DNA of 63,525 nt, the filler included, from Octopus bimaculoides (lineage: Eukaryota), in NCBI RefSeq assembly GCF_001194135.2. It is 5 parts of 4 records of this genome, joined end to end, with 100 filler letters (N's around TTAATTAATTAA, not from the genome) between each part and the next. Parts side by side here need not be neighbours in the genome. Positions count along the whole stretch, not along the records: positions 16,452 to 31,924 come from NW_026370086.1; positions 32,025 to 50,517 come from NC_068988.1; 3 more parts are not named here. The stretch is one strand, 5' to 3'. Below, one piece after another: positions 27,670-41,750 of this stretch. A model generated the notes under the pieces. It did no database searches. It was not told where the DNA came from and saw nothing but the letters and a program-made list of their open reading frames with translations. The number at the start of each line of letters is the position of its first letter. Within the stretch, counting starts at the first letter, position 1. Both the position numbers and the translations under genes were made by a program.

Positions 27670-28099
27670 TTTTATCTTTTGCTCGCTTCTGGCATTGGAC
27701 AGCGGCCATGCTGGAGCACTGCCTTGGAGTGTTTCATTCGAACGGGTCGACGTCTGTGCTTTGTTTGTTATTACGTTTGTTTGGTTTAAAGCCTGGTACT
27801 TATTCTATCGGTCACTTTGGCCGAACCGCGAGGTTACGGTGGACGTAAACAAACAAACATCAGTTGCCAATGGGTGGTGGGAGACAAACACACGCACACA
27901 CACACATATATGTATGTGTATATATATATATTGCCAAACATACATATATATATATAGTCAATTCAAACATGAACAAGCAAGAGACAAACAACGCAAGGAC
28001 GTGGAATAAGTACAGTGTTATTGGACGCTCAGGAAAGGAAAGAGAAGAAAGAGGATTTCACGTTTCGAGCGGAGCACTTCATCAGAACAACGGGCCGTC

Positions 28100-28155
<56 letters not shown>

Positions 28156-28320
28156 GACGGGCTTCTTTCAGTTTCCGTCAACCAAATCTACGCGCAAGGC
28201 TTTTAAGAGTCTGGTGCTACAGTAGAAAAACACTTGCTCAAGATGCCGTGCTGTGGGATTGAACCGAGAACCGTGCGTTTGTGAAGCAAACGATATACCT
28301 CACAGCCATGCGTGGCGCCT
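27670..28320 (-). mobile_element. SINE family A, full length, carrying an insert in its internal microsatellite
   Basis: 3' half at 27670-27895 and head at 28155-28320. Between them is (TA)n plus a ~135-bp unrelated block with a hammerhead-like core. Confidence 0.7.
28059..28085 (-). ncRNA. Degenerate minimal hammerhead ribozyme core (Penelope pLTR-type)
   Basis: Minus strand CUGAUGA-AGUGCUCCGCUC-GAAACGUG. Helix II has a mismatch and the cleavage triplet is GUG, so it is probably inactive. The flank matches 48950-49030 and 40855-40915. Confidence 0.55.
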
Positions 28321-28662
28321 AGATCTTCATAACGTTCTAAGGCATTTTGTTGTTGTTGCTGCTGCTAGTATTGTTGTTATTGTTGTTGTTGTTGTTGTTG
28401 TTGCTTTTTCTGTTCTGTTTTATTGGTAAAAGACCTGACCTCATACGGCAGAAATTAGAATAGGTCTTTGGTTTTCTGTTTTCCTTTTGACACAACGTGG
28501 CGCGTTAGTAAGTGTCACATGCATGAACCAAACGTGACTATACCATCTATAAACCTGCACCACGGGACAAGCTCCATGCAAGACAATTTGTTGCCCCTAA
28601 ATTGGGGCATCACGCGCATAGAACACAACATGCGTAATAATATATTATTCAAATATTATATG

Positions 28663-28696
<34 letters not shown>

Positions 28697-28702
<6 letters not shown>

Positions 28703-28909
28703 TGAATCGTGGCAAGGTATGGAAGGTTTTCGGAGGACTGGAGAGATTATGTCTGGGTGGAGAATTATACGAGGTATAGTACTATACAGAATACCGAAAG
28801 GATCTTCACCTCTTACATCACACCTTTCTTCCTACTTCAACGCCGAGGTGGTATAATTTCCTGGGAGAGAAATAATTTTGCGGCTGAGGATAGCTTTACA
28901 TTGTAAATT
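28697..28909 (+). mobile_element. Penelope-like element terminal (pLTR) fragment
   Basis: Colinear with the reverse complement of 56190-56410; contains TTTGCGG-CTGAGGA-TAGCTTTA (start of the hammerhead) and is then cut by a gap. Confidence 0.75.
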
Positions 28910-29587
28910 NNNNNNNNNNNNNNNNNNNNNNNNNNNNNNNNNNNNNNNNNNNNNNNNNNNNNNNNNNNNNNNNNNNNNNNNNNNNNNNNNNNNNNNNNNN
29001 NNNNNNNNNNNNNNNNNNNNNNNNNNNNNNNNNNNNNNNNNNNNNNNNNNNNNNNNNNNNNNNNNNNNNNNNNNNNNNNNNNNNNNNNNNNNNNNNNNNN
29101 NNNNNNNNNNNNNNNNNNNNNNNNNNNNNNNNNNNNNNNNNNNNNNNNNNNNNNNNNNNNNNNNNNNNNNNNNNNNNNNNNNNNNNNNNNNNNNNNNNNN
29201 NNNNNNNNNNNNNNNNNNNNNNNNNNNNNNNNNNNNNNNNNNNNNNNNNNNNNNNNNNNNNNNNNNNNNNNNNNNNNNNNNNNNNNNNNNNNNNNNNNNN
29301 NNNNNNNNNNNNNNNNNNNNNNNNNNNNNNNNNNNNNNNNNNNNNNNNNNNNNNNNNNNNNNNNNNNNNNNNNNNNNNNNNNNNNNNNNNNNNNNNNNNN
29401 NNNNNNNNNNNNNNNNNNNNNNNNNNNNNNNNNNNNNNNNNNNNNNNNNNNNNNNNNNNNNNNNNNNNNNNNNNNNNNNNNNNNNNNNNNNNNNNNNNNN
29501 NNNNNNNNNNNNNNNNNNNNNNNNNNNNNNNNNNNNNNNNNNNNNNNNNNNNNNNNNNNNNNNNNNNNNNNNNNNNNNNNNNNNNNN

Positions 29588-29621
<34 letters not shown>

Positions 29622-29889
29622 CGTAGGTGTGTATGTGTGACTGTGTATATGTGCATGCCCATATATGCAGCATCGTTTTTACTACTTAACGCCAAACGCT
29701 CGTCATTCCAATACAACCAGGACCAACACTACTGACGTCAGACATCGTACAAACTAATTAATCATGCCGCCCGAACATAATTAACTAGCTACCCACGTCC
29801 ATCATTACCAACATATCTAATTACTAATTAACCAATCACGTCCACCACCACCATTATCGTCATCTCCCACCATCGTCATGAACCAGCAG

Positions 29890-29975
29890 AGAAGCCTGTA
29901 TGTGGCCGCTTGCCCAGTTAGAAACAGCAGTCAAATCTCCCCTCAATTCGCCACCCTGCAGTCATAAAAGAGAAA
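29890..29975 (+). repeat. Interspersed repeat family E, unassigned
   Basis: Shared core resembling CTAGAAA.A.CAG..AAAT.TC.CTCA; related copies at about 20515-20560 (+, partial), 26925-26990 (+) and 43660-43720 (-). Confidence 0.5.
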
Positions 29976-31484
29976 AAGACACATTGGAGAGTGTACTCCT
30001 GGATATACTACGCTACACTGATTCTGAAGAATAGAATAAGTCAATGCAGGGTGGAGGTCACGGTTGGAACACATTTGATCATAGGTTTGCTGACTGAGGA
30101 GCAGAATGGATGGGGGATTGAAACTTAAACAGCAGCAGCACCACCACCACCACCACCACTACCTCCGTAAAAAGACAGGAAGGTCGTGGTAGGAATGTCT
30201 TTCTGATCATATAAGTCTGCTTGATTAGAAACTGACCAAAGGCTTAAAAACAACAATAACCCCACCACAAACCTTACTCACCCCCACCACCACCATCATC
30301 ATCATCATCATCATCATCANNNNNNNNNNNNNNNNNNNNNNNNNNNNNNNNNNNNNNNNNNNNNNNNNNNNNNNNNNNNNNNNNNNNNNNNNNNNNNNNN
30401 NNNNNNNNNNNNNNNNNNNNNNNNNNNNNNNNNNNNNNNNNNNNNNNNNNNNNNNNNNNNNNNNNNNNNNNNNNNNNNNNNNNNNNNNNNNNNNNNNNNN
30501 NNNNNNNNNNNNNNNNNNNNNNNNNNNNNNNNNNNNNNNNNNNNNNNNNNNNNNNNNNNNNNNNNNNNNNNNNNNNNNNNNNNNNNNNNNNNNNNNNNNN
30601 NNNNNNNNNNNNNNNNNNNNNNNNNNNNNNNNNNNNNNNNNNNNNNNNNNNNNNNNNNNNNNNNNNNNNNNNNNNNNNNNNNNNNNNNNNNNNNNNNNNN
30701 NNNNNNNNNNNNNNNNNNNNNNNNNNNNNNNNNNNNNNNNNNNNNNNNNNNNNNNNNNNNNNNNNNNNNNNNNNNNNNNNNNNNNNNNNNNNNNNNNNNN
30801 NNNNNNNNNNNNNNNNNNNNNNNNNNNNNNNNNNNNNNNNNNNNNNNNNNNNNNNNNNNNNNNNNNNNNNNNNNNNNNNNNNNNNNNNNNNNNNNNNNNN
30901 NNNNNNNNNNNNNNNNNNNNNNNNNNNNNNNNNNNNNNNNNNNNNNNNNNNNNNNNNNNNNNNNNNNNNNNNNNNNNNNNNNNNNNGGTGGGCCCCCACC
31001 AATATCCCTTAAATATCTGCCGGCAGCCTACAGTGTCCCCTATCAGATGACACTCCTTGCAAGTGCAGATGCAGAATAACACCCCCCACCACCACCGCCA
31101 CACACATGCTCACACCCACACGCGCACACGCACACGCACTCAGACACAGACCCACACGCACGCGGGGCCTAATGTCCTAACCCTCATTGCAACCTACCTT
31201 CACTGTGACAACCTCCAAAATCTTACAAAGCCATGGTCCCTATCTATGTCAGGGGTTACCTGACCCTTATCTATGCCAAGTCTTACATGGCTCCTGTTTA
31301 TACCAGGGATAACCAACTTCTCTTTATAATGGCCCCTTCTTCGTTTGGGGTTTGTATTTACCCACGACCTACGTTTCATTTGGGGTCTACATTAGCCCAT
31401 GACCTACTTATTGTTTTGGCTTTACATTTGCTCATGGCCCCTGATACATATTACATTATATATAAATATAAATCTGACAAACGT

Positions 31485-31740
31485 GAGGGCGCATGCGTAG
31501 CAGTGTGATAAGAAATTTGCTTCGCAACCAAATGGTTTCGTGTTCAATCCCACTGCACGGTGCCTTTAGCAAGTGTCTTCTATCCAGCCTTGTGGGTCAA
31601 TTCGGTAGACGGAAACTGAAAGAAGCCCGTCTACCAAATTCACTCACAAGGCATTGGTCGGCTCGGGGATACAGTAGAAGACACTTGTCCAAGGTACTAT
31701 GTCGCACAGTGGGACTGAACCCGGAACCATACAGCCATGG
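31485..31740. mobile_element. Two SINE family A heads fused tail-to-tail in inverted orientation
   Basis: The plus head ends GAAGCCCGTC at 31631 and continues directly into the minus head TACCAAATTCACTCACAAGG. Confidence 0.8.
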
Positions 31741-31924
31741 TCATTGAGAAAGCTTTAATCATAGATTATTGTTTCAATGAAGCTTTGATTTCGTACCAAG
31801 AAACAAAAATGGAAGATAAATGAACAGGGCAGTGAGTCGTACACAGCACTGCATGCGATGTGATTGACCACTGCACCAGTCCGTGTGCAGAAGAGTGCTT
31901 TGATTGTGCATTCTATATAAATCC

Positions 31925-32024
31925 NNNNNNNNNNNNNNNNNNNNNNNNNNNNNNNNNNNNNNNNNNNNTTAATTAATTAANNNNNNNNNNNNNNNNNNNN
32001 NNNNNNNNNNNNNNNNNNNNNNNN
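31925..32024. other. Synthetic scaffold-join spacer
   Basis: N44-TTAATTAATTAA-N44. Confidence 0.95.
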
Positions 32025-32184
32025 GTACTTGTGTGACTTGTTTTATGCGTGTGTTTAAGAGAATTTGCAATTTTGTGAAAGTGACTGTGACTGTATATTT
32101 CTGTGTTATTTTGAATATTTTAGTTACTATAGTGATGCTTTGAAATACGAGTGTATATTCATATTAGCGTGTATATGTGTATGT

Positions 32185-32261
<77 letters not shown>

Positions 32262-32721
32262 TGTGTGTGTGTGCGTTAATAAATTACATATACATATATA
32301 TATACATATATATATACATATATATACTCGTATATACCTACACACACTCACACCTACGGAAGCGTGTATATATATATATTTCTCATTCAGTATGTATTTG
32401 CATATTTGTTTTGGCTGCGAATATTTAAATAAGCTATTGTGATTTTTATGTTTGTGTTAGTTGAAACAGCTTTTACATTTAAAGTTTCAATTTTCAGTGA
32501 TACACTATACACGCGCGCGCGCACACTCTCACACACAAGAATGCATAAATGGATGAGTATTTGTACGTATATGTGCGTGTGTGCGTATGTGTATGCAATA
32601 TATATAGACATATTTATGTGAGTATATATATATATGTTCTAAAATATACACAGCCTTGGTTTTTTTTATCTCATTCCGGAAAGTAAATCCTTATGTGTGT
32701 ATATATATATGCGTGTATATA

Positions 32722-32766
<45 letters not shown>

Positions 32767-33536
32767 NNNNNNNNNNNNNNNNNNNNNNNNNNNNNNNNNN
32801 NNNNNNNNNNNNNNNNNNNNNNNNNNNNNNNNNNNNNNNNNNNNNNNNNNNNNNNNNNNNNNNNNNNNNNNNNNNNNNNNNNNNNNNNNNNNNNNNNNNN
32901 NNNNNNNNNNNNNNNNNNNNNNNNNNNNNNNNNNNNNNNNNNNNNNNNNNNNNNNNNNNNNNNNNNNNNNNNNNNNNNNNNNNNNNNNNNNNNNNNNNNN
33001 NNNNNNNNNNNNNNNNNNNNNNNNNNNNNNNNNNNNNNNNNNNNNNNNNNNNNNNNNNNNNNNNNNNNNNNNNNNNNNNNNNNNNNNNNNNNNNNNNNNN
33101 NNNNNNNNNNNNNNNNNNNNNNNNNNNNNNNNNNNNNNNNNNNNNNNNNNNNNNNNNNNNNNNNNNNNNNNNNNNNNNNNNNNNNNNNNNNNNNNNNNNN
33201 NNNNNNNNNNNNNNNNNNNNNNNNNNNNNNNNNNNNNNNNNNNNNNNNNNNNNNNNNNNNNNNNNNNNNNNNNNNNNNNNNNNNNNNNNNNNNNNNNNNN
33301 NNNNNNNNNNNNNNNNNNNNNNNNNNNNNNNNNNNNNNNNNNNNNNNNNNNNNNNNNNNNNNNNNNNNNNNNNNNNNNNNNNNNNNNNNNNNNNNNNNNN
33401 NNNNNNNNNNNNNNNNNNNNNNNNNNNNNNNNNNNNNNNNNNNNNNNNNNNNNNNNNNNNNNNNNNNNNNNNNNNNNNNNNNNNNNNNNNNNNNNNNNNN
33501 NNNNNNNNNNNNNNNNNNNNNNNNNNNNNNNNNNNN

Positions 33537-33599
<63 letters not shown>

Positions 33600-33941
33600 G
33601 AAAGTGAGTGAGAGAGAGAAGAGAGTGAGAAAGTGTTGAAAGAAAGAAAGGCGAAATTTGAAAAAGTTATATTGAAACCAACGAAGAAATTTTGTTAAAT
33701 TTAGGATATAAAGTCCGAAACGGAAGTGGGTAGGTTGGACAGACTGACGGGAACGTATAATCGGAGAGAGATGCAGGCATAAGAATTAGAGAGAAAGATT
33801 ATTAAATAGATAGCGTACTTATATAAGCACGCGTACCGTAATATACGTGTATAGTCATATACATATATACACTCGATATGTACTCGATAAACCGTGAAAT
33901 AAATCGACAATGCATACATAGGTAGATAGATAAACAGACAG

Positions 33942-34034
<93 letters not shown>

Positions 34035-34051
34035 AATAGATAGATAGATAA

Positions 34052-34104
<53 letters not shown>

Positions 34105-34135
34105 AAAACAGACGACAGACAGAAAGGCAGACGAC

Positions 34136-34192
<57 letters not shown>

Positions 34193-34193
34193 A

Positions 34194-34259
<66 letters not shown>

Positions 34260-34454
34260 TAACAATGTTGTTACGAAGATCGATTTGCAATCATATAATT
34301 TTAGACTTGATCCCTTTGCACAGGACCATCGCTGCAGGTTGTCCAATACTTAACGAGCGGAATTTGGTTGATGGGATTTTGAATCAGAGAAATCCGCCGT
34401 GTGTGTGTAGTATATATATATATATATACACCCATGTATGTGTGAGTGTGTATA

Positions 34455-34485
<31 letters not shown>

Positions 34486-35020
34486 ATATGTGTGTGTGTC
34501 CGGGTTTGTGCTTATGTTTTGAATTGCATTTACATCCCATCGCTTTGCAGCGGTTTGACAAACAGGGAACGATAATGAGTGTATCTGATTAAATCATATA
34601 CTAGGGTCGACCTGATCCGACAAAGCCTTGAGAGTGGAGTCTCATGGCTCTCTCTATATATACATATACACACATATATTATCTATATTATATATATATA
34701 TATATATNNNNNNNNNNNNNNNNNNNNNNNNNNNNNNNNNNNNNNNNNNNNNNNNNNNNNNNNNNNNNNNNNNNNNNNNNNNNNNNNNNNNNNNNNNNNN
34801 NNNNNNNNNNNNNNNNNNNNNNNNNNNNNNNNNNNNNNNNNNNNNNNNNNNNNNNNNNNNNNNNNNNNNNNNNNNNNNNNNNNNNNNNNNNNNNNNNNNN
34901 NNNNNNNNNNNNNNNNNNNNNNNNNNNNNNNNNNNNNNNNNNNNNNNNNNNNNNNNNNNNNNNNNNNNNNNNNNNNNNNNNNNNNNNNNNNNNNNNNNNN
35001 NNNNNNNNNNNNNNNNNNNN

Positions 35021-35051
<31 letters not shown>

Positions 35052-36518
35052 ATATATACATATACATACATGTATACATACACAACACACACATTTAAAG
35101 AAAGAGAAAGAGAAAGAGGGAGAGAGTGAAAGAGAGAGAGAGAAAGAGAAATAGATAAATAGGTAGATATGCTGAGAGCCAGCCAGCCAGCCAGACAGAT
35201 AGATAGATGAATAGATAGATGGATAGACAGACGGATAGATAGATGGATGGAATGATGAATTAGTTAGTAGATAGTTGGAATAGATGATCAAACTAATTGA
35301 TTAAAATAGATATATATTGAGAGAGATAGAGAGGTAAACAAAGGGAAAAATAAGCAACAAGGTACACAGTGTGTTTAGGTTGTTAGTAGTTAGGTTAGAG
35401 GATAAGGAGGCAATAATGACCTACCTCCGCATCAAATTCATAAGTCTCCGAATTATTTGTCGTACTCATTGTTGAGGTGATAAGGTCACAACAAACTTTG
35501 GTATGTGTAAAATAACCAACAGAAGATAGAGAGAACTTCTATTGAAGAACTCCTTGACGATTGTTTATTCCACTCCGGCTTCTTGAGAAACTCATTAAAC
35601 AGATCGATTTCCGATCGATAGATAAATATACAGAAAGAAGAATAAGGGAAGTAAATTCGTTGATGACAAAATACTCTTGAGGCAAAAAAAAATACTGAAT
35701 TCCGATTTTCAAATAGGACGTACTTGTTTATTTTAGCGTCGTTTTTTCTTTATCTTCTGTTTTTGTTGCTTTGTAATTGCTTAGGACTTTTGATTCTAAT
35801 TATAAATAATATATATATATATCTTAGGCCTTCTGTCACTCAGTGTACAGTGTATGGTTTTCTATATATATATATGTTTATTTATTTATATTTATACAGC
35901 ATATGTCACAAAAATATATATATATATCGGAGGTATATATATTTTTAACTCGAACGTAGTTATAATTCTCTCTTTACTCTCTATCTCTCACTCTCGTGCA
36001 TACATATATCCATATACGCGTATCTATATAAATATATGTGTATGTGAATTTCTATAAGTTTCTGATTGTTGCCTCTGTTAATAACCCTGCTCCTTTAGGC
36101 TGTTGTCGCTGTGGTTGTTGTTGTTGTTATTTAACTATTATTCCCATGTCCGGAGCCCCGAGTGTTTGTAGTGGAGCATGGACTTGGGATGGGAACGGCC
36201 GATAAAGCAACAAGCCCTTCTCACCATCTGACTGCAACAAGCAGCCTCTGTTTCGTGCTAGGCCGTACCTAAATATGGAAGTTGCCTCTCGTCTTTCAAC
36301 TAACATACTCAGGGACCCATAGTTCTAAGTATGGCAGCCACTTGGTTCTACATATTTGTTTTTATACTCCCAACCTACTCACTAAGTTATTTTACTCACA
36401 CATCTCCCTCTCTCTATGTTCCCTCTCTCTTTTCCTCTTTCTATCTATATCTGTATACACATGTTTTTTTTCTATTTATTTAACTGCCTCTCATACTTCG
36501 TCATTTGCATCTTAGCTT

Positions 36519-36572
<54 letters not shown>

Positions 36573-36788
36573 CGGTGATGATTTACATACACACAACCAT
36601 TCTTAGTCTTCTTTATCTCTCCCTCTCCCCTCACTTTTCTTTAATTTCTATTCATATTCTTCAAATATTTCTTTTTCTTCACAAGCTTCCTTTTTCTATA
36701 ACATTCTCTCACATTTTCTTTTCTTCATCCTACATGTTGATACTTTTTCCATTATTCCTTGTTCATTACTTATATTCTCTCTCTCTCT

Positions 36789-36824
<36 letters not shown>

Positions 36825-37208
36825 GCATCTACATATATGTGTGTTTGTTTTCGCTTTACACTCTCACCATCCCCTTTCTCTGACTATTTCACTCCTACCC
36901 CGTCATTACTTCTATTACAAAACTATTTCTCTACTTTATCTTCAAAACTTTTTCCCCCAACTTCACCTAATGTAATGCTTATTCTACTATCCCACCACAC
37001 TCTTTCTTTCTTTCCTTCTTCCTTTTCCTCTTTCTATTTCTCCACTCCCACTCCCTTCACTCTATACAATCTCTCACCATTCCTCCCCTTCTATACTGTA
37101 TTCACTCAATATTTCTAGTCGCCACCTCTATCCACCCTCATGACGCTGTTTTCATACCATTCATTTATTCATCCATTCAGTCTTCCTTATCTTTTCATAC
37201 AGACACAC

Positions 37209-37424
37209 TCTTTTACTCTTTTACTCTTTTACTTGTTTCAGTCATTTGACTGCGGCCATGCTGGAGCACCGCCTTTAGTCGAGCAAATCGACCCCGGGAC
37301 TTATTCTTTGTAAGCCTAGTACTAATTCTATCGGTCTCTTTTGCAGAACCGCTAAGTGACGGGGACATAAACACACCAGCATCGTTTGTCAAGCAATGCT
37401 AGGGGGACAAACACAGACACACAA

Positions 37425-37455
<31 letters not shown>

Positions 37456-38316
37456 ATACAAAGAATATATAGACATGTATACACACATATATGTACATAC
37501 TTACATCTACATGTGTATATACATGCATATCAGGGTACAGGACGTTAGAACANNNNNNNNNNNNNNNNNNNNNNNNNNNNNNNNNNNNNNNNNNNNNNNN
37601 NNNNNNNNNNNNNNNNNNNNNNNNNNNNNNNNNNNNNNNNNNNNNNNNNNNNNNNNNNNNNNNNNNNNNNNNNNNNNNNNNNNNNNNNNNNNNNNNNNNN
37701 NNNNNNNNNNNNNNNNNNNNNNNNNNNNNNNNNNNNNNNNNNNNNNNNNNNNNNNNNNNNNNNNNNNNNNNNNNNNNNNNNNNNNNNNNNNNNNNNNNNN
37801 NNNNNNNNNNNNNNNNNNNNNNNNNNNNNNNNNNNNNNNNNNNNNNNNNNNNNNNNNNNNNNNNNNNNNNNNNNNNNNNNNNNNNNNNNNNNNNNNNNNN
37901 NNNNNNNNNNNNNNNNNNNNNNNNNNNNNNNNNNNNNNNNNNNNNNNNNNNNNNNNNNNNNNNNNNNNNNNNNNNNNNNNNNNNNNNNNNNNNNNNNNNN
38001 NNNNNNNNNNNNNNNNNNNNNNNNNNNNNNNNNNNNNNNNNNNNNNNNNNNNNNNNNNNNNNNNNNNNNNNNNNNNNNNNNNNNNNNNNNNNNNNNNNNN
38101 NNNNNNNNNNNNNNNNNNNNNNNNNNNNNNNNNNNNNATATATATATATATATATACCTATATACGACGTGCTTCTTTCAGTTTCCGTCTACCAAATCCA
38201 CTCACAAGGCTTTGGTCGGCCCGAGGCTATAGTAGAAGACACTTGCCCAAGGTGCCATGCAGTGGGACTGAACCCGGAACCATGTGGTTGGTAAGCAAGC
38301 TACTTACTACACAGCC
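37209..38316 (-). mobile_element. SINE family A (bipartite), young, gap inside the internal microsatellite
   Basis: (AAAAGAGT)n tail and 3' half at 37209-37420, head at 38163-38316. That both halves belong to one copy is inferred across the gap. Confidence 0.75.
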
Positions 38317-38647
38317 GTCTTTAACTCTCTACCGACCATCAATCTTTTTTCTCTATCACCACCTCCCTTTTAATTCTTATCTAACCCCTACTCGTCTTAT
38401 CCCTTGCAAAATGTACGTTTATGGCTCCCTCTTCATTTATCTCCCATTCTTTCTCTGTCTGTCTGTTTGTCTATAGTTATACATAATACATGTACATATC
38501 TATATACATGCACACAGGTACACGCATATACTCACACATACATATACATGAGTACATATATACATATATATTTAATTATTTATCTAAATGTATATATGTG
38601 TGTATGTATGTGTGTCTAAAAACATGTATGTGCTTATGTCTATATAC

Positions 38648-38802
38648 AGGCGCAGGAGTGGCTATGTGGTAAGTCACATGGTTCTGGGTTCAGTCCCACT
38701 GCGTGGCAGCTTGGGCAAATGTCTTCTACTATAGCCTCGGGCCGACCAAAGCCTTGTAAGTGGATTTGGTAGACGGACCCTCGTATATATATATATATAT
38801 AT
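38648..38802 (+). mobile_element. SINE family A head with small deletions
   Basis: GGCGCAGGAGTGGCTATGTGGTAAG..GGTTCAGTCCCACTGCGTGGCAGCTTGGGCAAA. Confidence 0.85.
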
Positions 38803-39595
38803 NNNNNNNNNNNNNNNNNNNNNNNNNNNNNNNNNNNNNNNNNNNNNNNNNNNNNNNNNNNNNNNNNNNNNNNNNNNNNNNNNNNNNNNNNNNNNNNNNN
38901 NNNNNNNNNNNNNNNNNNNNNNNNNNNNNNNNNNNNNNNNNNNNNNNNNNNNNNNNNNNNNNNNNNNNNNNNNNNNNNNNNNNNNNNNNNNNNNNNNNNN
39001 NNNNNNNNNNNNNNNNNNNNNNNNNNNNNNNNNNNNNNNNNNNNNNNNNNNNNNNNNNNNNNNNNNNNNNNNNNNNNNNNNNNNNNNNNNNNNNNNNNNN
39101 NNNNNNNNNNNNNNNNNNNNNNNNNNNNNNNNNNNNNNNNNNNNNNNNNNNNNNNNNNNNNNNNNNNNNNNNNNNNNNNNNNNNNNNNNNNNNNNNNNNN
39201 NNNNNNNNNNNNNNNNNNNNNNNNNNNNNNNNNNNNNNNNNNNNNNNNNNNNNNNNNNNNNNNNNNNNNNNNNNNNNNNNNNNNNNNNNNNNNNNNNNNN
39301 NNNNNNNNNNNNNNNNNNNNNNNNNNNNNNNNNNNNNNNNNNNNNNNNNNNNNNNNNNNNNNNNNNNNNNNNNNNNNNNNNNNNNNNNNNNNNNNNNNNN
39401 NNNNNNNNNNNNNNNNNNNNNNNNNNNNNNNNNNNNNNNNNNNNNNNNNNNNNNNNNNNNNNTGGTGCGTTTCTTTTTCGAACACACCCCTACCACTTCC
39501 CTCACCGCTTTCACTCTAGAAAGCAGAAGCTCTTTACGGTTTAGCAGCGAGATAGTTAGTTGTAGGAGGGTGGGGTAGAGGAGTGGAGAGTGAGT

Positions 39596-39629
<34 letters not shown>

Positions 39630-39907
39630 AGTTAAAAGGAAAAAAAAAGACAACTGTAAAGAAGGGAAGATAAAGCAGGAAAGAAAGAAAGAAAGAAAGA
39701 AAGAAAGAAGGAAAGAAAGAAAGAAAGCAAGCACGAAGGAAATAAATAAAGAAAGAAAGAAAGAAAGAAAGAAACAAACAAACAAACAAACAAACAAAAG
39801 CAAAAGAAAGTAAGAATACAAGAATAGATAATGAAGACGAGCAAATGTCTGAATTCTTAATTACCATCAAAAGACTTGATGATAATGATGACGATGGTGA
39901 CGATGAC

Positions 39908-39947
<40 letters not shown>

Positions 39948-40276
39948 GTGATGATGTTCTCGATGATGATGATGATAATGATGATGATGATGATGTTCTC
40001 GATGATGTTGATGATGACGACGACAACGACGACGACGACGACGACGGCAAAGACGATTATGTACGTATGCTGTTCTCCATACTTAAAACACGGTGTAAAT
40101 GCCACACAAGACATACGAAACGTTATGCGAATATAATTGATGAACGAAGCCTTGTATGTTATCCCAAACTGTCTGCCCCCACCCCACCCCGCCTCGCTGT
40201 AGCTCACATCCAACATGTATGTACCATATTCTTACCTGTTTTTCGACAGATAATGCTGTGAATATAGTTTTGTCAC

Positions 40277-40400
40277 TATAGGGCAAGCCGCGGCACACTG
40301 GTGTGCTATGAGACGATGCTAGGTGTGCCGCAGTGTAACCTGAATTTGATCTTTGCCCTATACTTTTAGTTATATTTTTAGTTCAAGTGTGCCGCCGAAT
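40277..40400. mobile_element. hAT-like MITE remnant
   Basis: Repeated GTGTGCC/CGGCACAC motifs and a 10-bp inverted pair TATAGGGCAA / TTGCCCTATA (40277-40362). Confidence 0.35.
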
Positions 40401-41750
40401 TTTGAAAAGAATATATGCGTACAACAAGGGGAAAAAAAAGTAATGTGACATAGATACTACTACTTCTACTACGATTACTACTACTACTACAACTCAAAAA
40501 AGATTAACTAAAAATCTTATTATGACTTCATAACATTGAGTCATGATTAGCGAGGCCAAACCAGTCGGCGCTGTACCTATTGTAATGGATTAAATAATCT
40601 TTATCTACACAAACAAGATTTCTTGTGCTTTTTCACCTTAAATCTTATTTTATATATATTTATTTATTCATTATTTAAAAATATTTTTACATGTTTCAGT
40701 CATTTGACAGGTTTTAGTCGAAGAAATCGATCCTAGGACTTATTCTTTGCAAGCTTAGTACTTATTCTATCGGTCTGTTTTGCCGATATTTGTATATCGG
40801 GCGTGTGTGTGCTTGTATATATATCTATATCTATGTCTATATTCTCTCTCTTTCCTTTCCCGAGCGTCTAATAACACTATCCGTATCACGTCCTCACTTT
40901 GTTGGTTTTTTTTGTTATTGTTTTTTGTCTTTTTTTGAACCTATATATAAATATTTATATATATATATATATACATGCATACAAACATGCATACAAGCAT
41001 ACATACGTACATACATACATACATACAAACATACATATATACATATACACATGTATGTGTGTATTCAATGAAGTTTATCGATAATTAACCTAGGATTGAA
41101 TGGTGAATGCTTGATTACATTGAGATAATTTGCGAATACAAATCGTATAAGCTAATTTCTTTTTTATACTCTCACGTATACTTTTAATAATATCATCAAG
41201 CTCCGCTTCGTTTAATACTAAACACGTTTAAAATATTTGTTTCAAATAATCTCACCAAACTGGCACATGGTTTCAATTGAAGCTTCCATAAACAGGAAAT
41301 TGCTACGCAATTTTCTCAAGAAATAAATTTTAGCTGTCTTTTGTTCTTCTGTTTCTTTCTTCTTTAATTTAAAAAAAAATTTATGCTTTTTTGTTAATTG
41401 CGGAAGCAAGTAGTTTGTATTCAAAGCAACTACGGTAAGATAACGGAGTGATAATCTAAGAAACGGTGTAGAGTCAGGATTAGAATCAGGCTGAAGAACT
41501 GCAAGAATTTAAAAGTGAAATTTAACGTTGCAGCCATTTATTTGCAGCCAAGGAAATAACAGTCAAATTTCCATCGAATTATATCTTTTATTTTCTACTG
41601 TTTTATACTCTACCTTCAAGGGTATAGTTCCGGGGTTCTCAACCTGGGTCCATATGGCCATTAAGGGTTCATATATGATTTTCTTGTTAAAAATTTGTGC
41701 AATAAATCACTTAAACTTCTACAATACACAAAATATATATTTTTTAATAC

